Source: Minisyncoccota bacterium (lineage in GTDB: Bacteria; Patescibacteriota; Minisyncoccia; UBA6257; 2-01-FULL-56-20). From it: 64,000 nt of DNA. The stretch lies in assembly GCA_035541415.1 (NCBI GenBank), contig DATKNI010000021.1, positions 708 to 64,707 of the forward strand, in the 5' to 3' direction. Of this stretch, positions 52,371 through 60,248 are shown in pieces. The notes under the pieces were generated by a model. That model saw only the letters and a program-made list of their open reading frames with translations, ran no database searches and was not told the origin of the DNA. The translations under genes were made by a program, and so were the position numbers. Numbering within the stretch: position 1 is the stretch's first letter; each line of letters opens with the position of its first letter.

Positions 52371-53003
52371 ATGAACATTTTTAACGGCAGCCCGGCGCTC
52401 CCATTCCCGGGCGAACTCTCGGAACACGAGCGTTCGCGCGACGACCGCGAACTCATTGCGTTATTTTTGCGCGGCGACGAAGCGAGCTTTTCCGTGTTGC
52501 TCGACCGCCATATGCCGATGGTGTACCGCTTTGCGTACCGGTATTTGAGCAATGCCGATGACGCAAGCGATGTGACGCAGGAAGCGTTCATCCGCGCGTG
52601 GAAGCACATCAAAAAATTCGACACGTCGCGCAGTTTCAAAACTTGGATTTTGGCGATTGCAAAAAATGCGGCGCTCGACCACATCAAAAAGAAAAAGCCG
52701 GTTCTCTTTTCGCAAATCGAATCGCAAGAAAAGGATCTTGATGCCGTCCTTGCCCCGCACCTCGCCGAAGAGGAATTGCCCGACGCCGCGTTCGACCGGG
52801 TAAGCGACGCGAGAGTGCTTGAATCAACGCTCGCAAAACTGCCCGCGCCGTACCGCGTCGTCCTCGCTCTGCGCTACGGCGAACACCTCAAGTTCCGCGA
52901 GATCGCCGACATCCTTTCGGAGCCGATCGACACCGTAAAGAGCAAGCATCGCCGGGGCCTTATGCATCTCCGGAAGATCTTGCCCAAAACGCTTTTGGCC
53001 TAG
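52371..53003 (+). CDS. RNA polymerase sigma factor, ECF
   Basis: Region 2 (VYRFAYRYLSNADDASDVTQEAFIRAWKHIKKFDTSRSFKTWILAIAKNAALD) and region 4 (VVLALRYGEHLKFREIADILSEPIDTVKSKHRRGLMHLR). Confidence 0.8.
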   Translation: MNIFNGSPALPFPGELSEHERSRDDRELIALFLRGDEASFSVLLDRHMPMVYRFAYRYLSNADDASDVTQEAFIRAWKHIKKFDTSRSFKTWILAIAKNAALDHIKKKKPVLFSQIESQEKDLDAVLAPHLAEEELPDAAFDRVSDARVLESTLAKLPAPYRVVLALRYGEHLKFREIADILSEPIDTVKSKHRRGLMHLRKILPKTLLA

Positions 53004-53040
53004 GCGCCATCGCACCCAAATGGCTTGGAAAATCGTATAG

Positions 53041-53481
53041 TTGGGCAAAGCCATGCCCCGGGATACCCGCAGAACCCCCAAGAAAATATTTGAAAAGCTT
53101 GAGGCGCCCCAGCCTCCGGCTGATTTGGTGCAAAAGACGCTCCAGCGCATCATGGCGCGCGAACGGAAAATTTTGATGGCAAAGCTCGCGGGGCTTGGGT
53201 CGCTCTTTGCGGCATCGCTCGCCCTCGTCGTGACGCAAATGTCCGCGGCGGCGGCTCAGCTTGCACAGTCGGGATTTTTCCAATTCGGTTCGCTTTTCTT
53301 TTCTGATTTCGGCGCGGCGGCCGCGAACCTGCCGGATTTTTTCCTTTCGCTTTTTGAATCATTCCCGGTTTTCTCGGCCGGGCTTGCGATCGGGGGACTC
53401 GCCGTGGCGATCTGGTCGTTTGCCGGATTCGTCGATGACGCAAGCATCCTGCGCGCGACAAAACATTATTCATCGGCATGA
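53041..53481 (+). CDS. putative anti-sigma factor (single-pass membrane protein) cognate to the upstream ECF sigma
   Basis: Inferred from position, a small cytoplasmic N-terminus and the TM segment LAGLGSLFAASLALVVTQ. The start may be the ATG at 53053. Confidence 0.4.
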   Translation: MGKAMPRDTRRTPKKIFEKLEAPQPPADLVQKTLQRIMARERKILMAKLAGLGSLFAASLALVVTQMSAAAAQLAQSGFFQFGSLFFSDFGAAAANLPDFFLSLFESFPVFSAGLAIGGLAVAIWSFAGFVDDASILRATKHYSSA

Positions 53482-53969
53482 GCGACATATCCCATTCAAA
53501 AAAAGTAAATGCCATGCTCATCATCCTTGGAAGCGTGGCGCTTATTTTTGTAATATTCGCCCTCGGTATTTATGTGGGATATGAGCGCGCCATGTTCGCA
53601 TCGGGACGCAGCGATAATTATTACCGGAATTTTATGGGAGCTTCGCCGATGGGCTTTGGCGACTCGCATGGCGTCGTGGGAACGGTGATCGACGTGAGCA
53701 CGTCGAGCCTCACGGTGCGCGATCCCGACAACGACGAGGAATCGGTCGTCGTTGCAACGGACACCATCATCCGCATGTTCGATCGCACGCTCGACATCAA
53801 AGGCCTTGTCCCGGGCGAAGGCGTTGCGGTCATCGGTTCGCCGAATGAAGACGGCCAGATCGAAGCGCGGTTCGTGCGCATTTTCCCGAGCACGTCGTCA
53901 TATCCCGTGCCGCCCGACTTTTCGTCGGGAACCCAATCGTCGACCATTATTATTATCCACACACTCTAA
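53478..53969 (+). CDS. membrane-anchored secreted protein, DUF5666-like beta domain (paralogue of 57795..58256)
   Basis: TM segment MLIILGSVALIFVIFALGIYV. The domain GVVGTVIDVSTSSLTVRD...ESVVVATDT...GVAVIGSPNEDGQIEARFVRIFP aligns with the domain of the downstream paralogue. Confidence 0.5.
   Translation: MSDISHSKKVNAMLIILGSVALIFVIFALGIYVGYERAMFASGRSDNYYRNFMGASPMGFGDSHGVVGTVIDVSTSSLTVRDPDNDEESVVVATDTIIRMFDRTLDIKGLVPGEGVAVIGSPNEDGQIEARFVRIFPSTSSYPVPPDFSSGTQSSTIIIIHTL
53953..53961 (+). promoter_or_regulatory. consensus DnaA-box 9-mer TTATCCACA 8 nt upstream of the MFP gene start
   Basis: Exact match, located at the 3' end of the preceding ORF. Confidence 0.3.
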
Positions 53970-55762
53970 TGTTCAAAAAAATCGGGAGCGCGATCAAGGC
54001 GCACAAGGTCATGTCAATAATCATCGCGATTGCCATCGTAGGCGGCGGATATTATTGGTACCGTTCGGCGCAGGGGACGAGCGCTCCGACGAAATATGTC
54101 GTGGGACAGGCCTCGCTCGGCACCGTCGTCGCATCGGTATCAGGCAGCGGCCAGGTGCAGGCGCTCTCGTCGATTCCCGTAAAGAACCAAGGTTCGGGAT
54201 CAGGCGCAGTCACCGGCATCTATGTGAAAGTCGGCCAGCACGTGACCGCCGGCCAGCTCCTCGTGCAGGTTGATACGACGAACGAGGAAAAAGCGCTCAA
54301 GCAGGCTGAACTCACCATGCAGTCGGCCAACCTTTCGCTCGCAAAACTTCAGGAAGCTCCGGCCACAACGACGCTGCAGCAAGATGAAGACGCCGTCGCG
54401 CAGGCATCCACATCGCTCGCGACCGATTACCAGTCGGCATACGATTCGCTCGGCGGCATTTTTGTGGATTTCCAAACCACCATGACTGGCCTGCAAAATT
54501 TTATGACGGGCAAGGATGTCAACAAGACGCAAAACGACCCTGATGCTTTTGTGAGCCTCCTCCCAACATACCAGCAGGAGCAAACCATCCCGTTCCGCGA
54601 TAAAGTGACGGCAACGTTCAGCGCCGCAACCGAAGCCTATGCCCAGGACCTCGCCGATTATCACGCGCTCTCGCGGAACTCGAGTTCGTCATCGCTTGAT
54701 GCGCTTTTTACCGAAACGGAAAACGCCGCAAAATCAATAAGCGATGCCGTGTCGGCTTCGCGGAGCCTCATCAACCAAGTCGTGAACAGTTATCCGATTT
54801 CTTCCACGACGCAGCCGTTGCCGGCCATCGTGACCGCCGACCAGAATGCGTTTTCCGGCTACACGGGAACCATTTCAGGGGATATTACGAGCATCACCAA
54901 TTCCCAGAACGGCATCGCGAATGACGAGATTGCGCTGAAAGAAAAACAGACGTCGCTCGCGTCGCTTCAGGCGGGAGCCGACCCGCTCGACGTCCAGTCA
55001 CAGCAGATTTCAATACAGAATGCGCAGCTTTCGCTCCAGACGGCGCAAGACAACCTTGCGGATGATTCTATCCGCGCCCCGGTTTCAGGAACGGTCTCGG
55101 CGATCGCGGCGGTTGTCGGGACGCCAATTGCTTCTTCGGCGGTCACGCTTGCAGCGGACGGGGAAGTGGCGCAAGTGACGCTCAACGAAGTCGATGCGGC
55201 AAAAGTGAGCCTGGGCGACCAGACGACGCTTACTTTCGACGCATTGCCCGATCTTTCAATCGCGGGACAGGTCGTCGAAATCGATCCGGTGGGAACGGTG
55301 ACGCAAGGCGTCGTGAACTACAGCGTGCAGATCAGTTTCACGAACACCTCCACGAGCACGTCGGCGATCAAGCCCGGCATGAGCGTGACCGCGAATATCG
55401 TGACCGATGCGCACCAGAACGTAGTCACGGTTCCGAATGCGGCGGTTGTCACCCAGAACGGATCGTCGTATGTGCTTGCGCCGGCGACGCCCGTCGAAGC
55501 GACGACAACCGGCGGCATCGTCTTGCCGCAGGGAACAACGCTTATTCCGGTAACCGTTGGCATCTCGAATAATACGATCACGGAAATCACATCCGGCCTC
55601 AAGGCAGGGGACCAAATCATCACGCAAACCATCCGTTCGTCCAGCGGCTCCACGACAAGCGGCGGCACGAACGCGCTCCGCGCACTGGGCGGCGGCGGAG
55701 GCGGCGCGGTCTTTGGCGGCGGAGGAGGAGCTGTGCGCATCGGCGCGCCTACGGGCAGATAA
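53969..55762 (+). CDS. periplasmic adaptor / membrane-fusion protein (HlyD/MacA family) with a long coiled coil
   Basis: N-terminal TM, the MFP lipoyl/beta-barrel motif (VQALSSIPVKNQGSGSGAVTGIYVKVGQHVTAGQLLVQVD), a ~250-aa coiled coil and a Gly-rich tail. Followed by MacB-like ABC genes. Confidence 0.8.
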   Translation: MFKKIGSAIKAHKVMSIIIAIAIVGGGYYWYRSAQGTSAPTKYVVGQASLGTVVASVSGSGQVQALSSIPVKNQGSGSGAVTGIYVKVGQHVTAGQLLVQVDTTNEEKALKQAELTMQSANLSLAKLQEAPATTTLQQDEDAVAQASTSLATDYQSAYDSLGGIFVDFQTTMTGLQNFMTGKDVNKTQNDPDAFVSLLPTYQQEQTIPFRDKVTATFSAATEAYAQDLADYHALSRNSSSSSLDALFTETENAAKSISDAVSASRSLINQVVNSYPISSTTQPLPAIVTADQNAFSGYTGTISGDITSITNSQNGIANDEIALKEKQTSLASLQAGADPLDVQSQQISIQNAQLSLQTAQDNLADDSIRAPVSGTVSAIAAVVGTPIASSAVTLAADGEVAQVTLNEVDAAKVSLGDQTTLTFDALPDLSIAGQVVEIDPVGTVTQGVVNYSVQISFTNTSTSTSAIKPGMSVTANIVTDAHQNVVTVPNAAVVTQNGSSYVLAPATPVEATTTGGIVLPQGTTLIPVTVGISNNTITEITSGLKAGDQIITQTIRSSSGSTTSGGTNALRALGGGGGGAVFGGGGGAVRIGAPTGR

Positions 55763-55768
55763 CCATGT

Positions 55769-56512
55769 ATGGCAAAAGATATCATCCAATGTTCCAACAT
55801 AACGAAGATATATAATACCGGTGGCATCGAAACGGTCGTTCTTAAAGGAATAACGTTTTCGGTGAAAGAGGGCGAGTTTGTGGCGATCATGGGGCCGTCG
55901 GGCTCCGGGAAATCCACGCTCATGCACATCATCGGCGCGCTCGATACGCCGACCGGCGGGAGCTATTTCCTGGACGGCAAGGACCTCTCAAAATTGTCCG
56001 ACGATGAACTCGCTGATATCCGTCGCGAAAAAATCGGATTCGTCTTCCAAGCCTTCAATCTTTTGCCGCGCACCACGGTGCTGCGCAATGTCGAGCTGCC
56101 GCTCATTTATGAAGGCGTGGACAAAGAAAAGCGCGCACGGGTTGCGAAGAAGGCGCTCACAAACGCGGCGTTCCCCGAACGGTTCTGGTTCCACCACTCA
56201 AACCAGCTTTCCGGCGGCATGATGCAGCGCGTTGCGATTGCCCGATCGCTCGTAAACGATCCGTCGATCATCCTCGCCGACGAACCGACCGGCAACCTCG
56301 ATTCGCACACGGGCGAGATCGTTTTGAACACGTTCCAATCGCTCAACTTGCAGCACGGCAAGACGATCGTCCTCATCACGCACGAACTTTACGTTGCGGA
56401 ACATGCCGACCGCATCATCCATATCCTTGACGGCAAAATATTAAAAGAAGAAGCCAACCACCACAAACGGATCGCAAAACACGAACCAGAACCCTTAACG
56501 TCGGCCTTTTAA
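55769..56512 (+). CDS. ABC transporter ATP-binding protein (MacB/LolD/FtsE family)
   Basis: [33 protein letters not shown] and [11 protein letters not shown]. Confidence 0.9.
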   Translation: MAKDIIQCSNITKIYNTGGIETVVLKGITFSVKEGEFVAIMGPSGSGKSTLMHIIGALDTPTGGSYFLDGKDLSKLSDDELADIRREKIGFVFQAFNLLPRTTVLRNVELPLIYEGVDKEKRARVAKKALTNAAFPERFWFHHSNQLSGGMMQRVAIARSLVNDPSIILADEPTGNLDSHTGEIVLNTFQSLNLQHGKTIVLITHELYVAEHADRIIHILDGKILKEEANHHKRIAKHEPEPLTSAF

Positions 56513-56517
56513 CAACC

Positions 56518-57765
56518 ATGAAGACAGAAGATTTATTTGAAGAAACCTATAGCGCCATCACGGTGAATAAAGTCCGTTCCGGACTCACCATGCTTGGCAT
56601 TGTGATCGGCATCGCGTCGGTTATCGCGATGGTTTCGATCGGGCAGGGGACGCAGGCTTCGATTTCGGCGAGCATCAATTCGCTCGGCGCTAATTTGCTC
56701 ATCGTGATGCCGGGCGCGCAGCGGTCGTTCGGCTCTACGGTAAGTTCCGGCCTCGGCAGCTCGCACACGCTTACGCCGGACGATGCGAACGCGATCGGTT
56801 CGAGCGTGCAGAATGTCGCAGCCGTTTCACCTTCGGTCACGGCGCGCGAGCAGGTTGTTTATAAAGGAAACAATACGAACGTCACCGTGACGGGCGCCGT
56901 GTCGGCGTATCCGCAGGTGCGAAACGTGCAGATCGATGAAGGATCGTTCATAAGCGATACCGACAATGCCGACGCAAACCGCGTGGCGGTGATCGGCCCC
57001 ACGGTATTGCAAACGCTATGGAATCCGCAGGGTACGGCGACGGCGACGCCCGACCAGGCGATCGGGCAGATTATCCGCATCGGCGGGCAGAATTTTACGG
57101 TGATCGGCGTGACGGTTTCAAAGGGAGGCAGCGGTTTTGCCAACCAGGATAACGTCATCTACGTGCCGCTTCTCTCCGCCCAGCGATATTTCATCGGGGA
57201 TACGTCATATGTGACCGAAATCGATATCGAGGCCGCAAGCCAGCAATCGATGACCCAAGTGCAGAATGACGTCACAAACCTGCTGCTTGAGCGCCATAAT
57301 ATCGCCGATCCGACATCTGCCGACTTCAACATATTGAATCAAGCGGATATCGTGCAAACCGCATCAAGCGTCACGAATACGTTCACACTGCTTCTTGCTT
57401 CGATTGCCGCCATCTCGCTTCTTGTGGGCGGCATCGGCATCATGAACATGATGCTCACGACGGTCACGGAGCGCACGCGCGAGATCGGCTTGCGCAAGGC
57501 AATCGGGGCGAAAAAAGCCGACATCACGCTCCAGTTTTTGGGCGAGTCGGTGATGCTCACGTTCGCCGGCGGCCTCGTGGGCGTTGTGCTCGGCTGGGTC
57601 GCGTCAATTGCGATTTCGTATTTCTCGGGAATTACGACCACGGTTTCGATTCCGTACGTGCTTCTCGCATTCGGCGTATCGGCGGCGATCGGCATTATCT
57701 TCGGCTATTATCCCGCAAAGCGCGCGGCCTCCCTCAATCCAATCGAGGCGTTGCGTTATGAATAA
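56518..57765 (+). CDS. ABC transporter permease (MacB-type: periplasmic core domain plus FtsX 4-TM domain)
   Basis: N-terminal TM, a large periplasmic domain and a C-terminal FtsX-like region (LASIAAISLLVGGIGIMNMMLTTVTERTREIGLRKAIGA). Confidence 0.85.
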   Translation: MKTEDLFEETYSAITVNKVRSGLTMLGIVIGIASVIAMVSIGQGTQASISASINSLGANLLIVMPGAQRSFGSTVSSGLGSSHTLTPDDANAIGSSVQNVAAVSPSVTAREQVVYKGNNTNVTVTGAVSAYPQVRNVQIDEGSFISDTDNADANRVAVIGPTVLQTLWNPQGTATATPDQAIGQIIRIGGQNFTVIGVTVSKGGSGFANQDNVIYVPLLSAQRYFIGDTSYVTEIDIEAASQQSMTQVQNDVTNLLLERHNIADPTSADFNILNQADIVQTASSVTNTFTLLLASIAAISLLVGGIGIMNMMLTTVTERTREIGLRKAIGAKKADITLQFLGESVMLTFAGGLVGVVLGWVASIAISYFSGITTTVSIPYVLLAFGVSAAIGIIFGYYPAKRAASLNPIEALRYE

Positions 57766-57794
57766 AAGGTCATCATAAAAATAATTAAAAAATC

Positions 57795-58256
57795 ATGAAA
57801 AAAATTTGGGTTGCAGTTATTGCCGTTGCGTGCGCGGGCGTGTTCTTCTATGTGGGCATGGTTTACGGCAAGAGCTTGACGGGTTCGTCCGCAGGCGCGG
57901 GCGGCCGCAATTTTGCATTCGGATCGTCGACAACGCGCGCATTCGGGCGCGGCGGCGCGAATGGCGGAGGGGGAGCGATGGGCCAGATTATTTCAGTGAA
58001 CGGCAACAGCATGACGTTGCAATTGGCGAACGGAAACTCCCAGGTGGTTTTCTACGCGACATCCACTCCCGTCATTGAACCGACGTCCGTTCCTGCGGCG
58101 GCATTAAAAAATGGAATGCAGGTCGTCGTTACGGGGAGCGAGAATTCTGATGGAAGTCTTACGGCGCAGGGAATCCAGATCCGCCCGCCCGGCTTTTTCG
58201 GCGGGGCAGGAAATGGCGGAGTGCCCGTAGGCGGATCGCAGATCAACCAACAATAA
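57795..58256 (+). CDS. membrane-anchored secreted protein, DUF5666-like (paralogue of 53478..53969)
   Basis: TM segment IWVAVIAVACAGVFFYVGMVY. GQIISVNGNSMTLQLANGNSQVVFYATST...VVVTGSENSDGSLTAQGIQIRP aligns with the upstream paralogue. Confidence 0.5.
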   Translation: MKKIWVAVIAVACAGVFFYVGMVYGKSLTGSSAGAGGRNFAFGSSTTRAFGRGGANGGGGAMGQIISVNGNSMTLQLANGNSQVVFYATSTPVIEPTSVPAAALKNGMQVVVTGSENSDGSLTAQGIQIRPPGFFGGAGNGGVPVGGSQINQQ

Positions 58257-58262
58257 AAAGAA

Positions 58263-58300
58263 AAGACAATCGCATTGATGCGGCTGTCTTTTATCGTGCG
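58263..58300. terminator. bidirectional hairpin terminator between convergent genes
   Basis: GACAATCGCA-ttga-TGCGGCTGTC (one mismatch), with an A-tract upstream and TTTTATCG downstream. Confidence 0.45.
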
Positions 58301-58866
58301 GAGGGTTTGCCGGAAACCCACAGGCCGAATGCGGTGAGGAAGAAACTGCCGACCAGCGCAAAGAGGAGAACGAGGCCAACCTGGAGGGTCAATTCGCTTT
58401 CGCGATTTTCAACTTCACGGAGCGAACGTCCCGCCATGACAAATCCGCCTGCGCCGCCTTTCACGGCGGTGACGACAACGGCGCTTCGTACGCCGGGACG
58501 CGGCTGCCACGTGAATCGGCTTTCGCCGCCCTCAGCTTGCACGGCGGGAAATACGCCGGCCGGGAGTTTCGGCAAGGCATTATCGAGGAGGCCGTCGCCC
58601 GCAACCGGCTGGCCGGAGGCGTCATAGATCACGATGTACGGATCAAGGCTTGAGGAAATATCAATGTTGCCAGCGGGAACGATGCTTGTGTCTCGCATGC
58701 CAAACGCAAGCGCAGAAGCGCCATCTTCGGCGATTTGGATTTGGGGGTCGTTGGCTGACTGGCGGTAATCCTGCTGGACGGCCGCATAAATAAGCCCGCA
58801 GCACGCGCAGATTACGAAAGCGAGCGGTATCCAGCGAATGAGTAAATCCCGCACCATTACGTTCAT
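58291..58866 (-). CDS. hypothetical bitopic membrane protein (N- and C-terminal TM helices, extracytoplasmic middle)
   Basis: WIPLAFVICACCGLIYAAV and LTLQVGLVLLFALVGSFFLTAFGLWV. No family recognised. Confidence 0.45.
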   Translation of the reverse strand: MNVMVRDLLIRWIPLAFVICACCGLIYAAVQQDYRQSANDPQIQIAEDGASALAFGMRDTSIVPAGNIDISSSLDPYIVIYDASGQPVAGDGLLDNALPKLPAGVFPAVQAEGGESRFTWQPRPGVRSAVVVTAVKGGAGGFVMAGRSLREVENRESELTLQVGLVLLFALVGSFFLTAFGLWVSGKPSAR

Positions 58867-58881
58867 TTTATCAAGAATACG

Positions 58882-58890
58882 TTATCCACA
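58882..58890 (+). promoter_or_regulatory. consensus DnaA-box 9-mer TTATCCACA (context AACG-TTATCCACAG-CGTT) in the divergent intergenic region upstream of the GH130 gene
   Basis: Exact match flanked by a 4-bp inverted repeat. Confidence 0.35.
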
Positions 58891-58976
58891 GCGTTTTTGG
58901 TGCGGGAACGCTATATAATAATAGGAAAGCCGCGGTCCTGGCCCGTCTTTGTCATTTAAGTATTAAGCATTCGCCA

Positions 58977-60248
58977 ATGCCGCCCCTGAACCGAACCAAA
59001 AAGGTTTCTCCCTCGAGAACGAGAAAATCGTCTGCATCTGATGCAAGACTGAGAGCGATGCTTGGCGCCAATCGAAGAACCAAAAAATCTCCGGCACGCC
59101 CCGCACCAGTCCGCCTCACGAAGGCGGCGCGGCGCGCCATGCTTCTCGATGAAATCCGCAGGGCGAGAGCCAAGCGGATGCCGGCGATAAAAAAAGAAAT
59201 TCCGATCCGCCATCACGAACTCCGGCGCCACGAGGACAATCCGATCATCGAGCCGCGCGAACATCATTTTTGGGAAATGCGCGCCACATTCAATCCTGGC
59301 GCCGTATACGCCGACAAGCGCGTGCATCTTTTATATCGCGCAATCGGCGGCGACGATGTTTCTGTTCTTGGATATGCATCAAGCAAAGACGGCTTGAACA
59401 TCACCGAGCGCTTGTCTGAGCCGGCGTATGTGCCGACGTCAATCGTCAAGAAGACCAAAGCGATGCGGGCGCAGAAACCGCCGATCGCCTATCTTTCCGG
59501 CGGGGGATGGAACGGCGGCTGCGAAGACCCGCGCCTCACCATGATCGACGACCGCATTTATCTCACCTACACCGCATTCGACGGGTGGGGTTCCGTGCGC
59601 ATTGCGCTCTCGTCGATCAGCGTCGAAGATTTCCTCCGCAAGGAGTGGAACTGGAGGAATCCTGCGCTTATCTCTCCGCCCGGCGAGATCCACAAGAATT
59701 GGATGCTCTTTCCCGAAAAGATCAACGGCAAGTATGCGATCCTGCACAGCATTTCGCCGAATATCCTCATTGATTATTTTGATTCGATTGATGAGCTCGA
59801 AAACGGCCACCGTGTGATCGAGAGCACGCGCACCATGATCCCGCATCCGGAACGGTGGGATAGCTTTGTGCGCGGCGCCGGGCCGCCGCCGATCAAGACG
59901 CGCCTCGGATGGCTGCTCTTCTATCACGCTATCGATATCCGCGATCCGGGCCGCTATAAGCTGGGGGCGATGATTCTCGATGCCGCCGATCCGACGAGGA
60001 TTTTGTATCGCTCGTCGGGTCCGATTCTCGAACCGGAGATGCACTACGAGAATAATGGCATTGCCTCGGGCATCGTATATTCATGCGGCGCCGTGGTGAA
60101 AGACGGCGAGATCTACGTGTATTACGGAGGGAGCGACAGCGTAACCTGCGTCGCCATGGCAAACCTCGAAACCTTTTTAGAGGAACTCCAGCGGTACGGT
60201 GTTCCGAAGCTGCAGCCGGAATCAAACAAGAAACATGCAAATCGTTAA
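58977..60248 (+). CDS. GH130-family glycoside phosphorylase/glycosylase-like protein with an ~85-aa highly basic N-terminal extension
   Basis: The core (NPIIEPREHHFWEMRATFNPGAVYADKRVHLLYRAIG...CEDPRLTMIDDRIYLTYTAFDGW) fits the GH130/DUF377 five-bladed propeller pattern. The N-terminus is MPPLNRTKKVSPSRTRKSSASDARLRAMLGANRRTKKSPARPAPVRLTKAARRAM. Confidence 0.65.
   Translation: MPPLNRTKKVSPSRTRKSSASDARLRAMLGANRRTKKSPARPAPVRLTKAARRAMLLDEIRRARAKRMPAIKKEIPIRHHELRRHEDNPIIEPREHHFWEMRATFNPGAVYADKRVHLLYRAIGGDDVSVLGYASSKDGLNITERLSEPAYVPTSIVKKTKAMRAQKPPIAYLSGGGWNGGCEDPRLTMIDDRIYLTYTAFDGWGSVRIALSSISVEDFLRKEWNWRNPALISPPGEIHKNWMLFPEKINGKYAILHSISPNILIDYFDSIDELENGHRVIESTRTMIPHPERWDSFVRGAGPPPIKTRLGWLLFYHAIDIRDPGRYKLGAMILDAADPTRILYRSSGPILEPEMHYENNGIASGIVYSCGAVVKDGEIYVYYGGSDSVTCVAMANLETFLEELQRYGVPKLQPESNKKHANR

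Noticed and set aside
36954-58890. The DnaA boxes as a chromosomal replication origin
   Set aside because: The boxes are dispersed over 22 kb at individual promoters, not clustered in an AT-rich unwinding region. No dnaA or dnaN gene is present.
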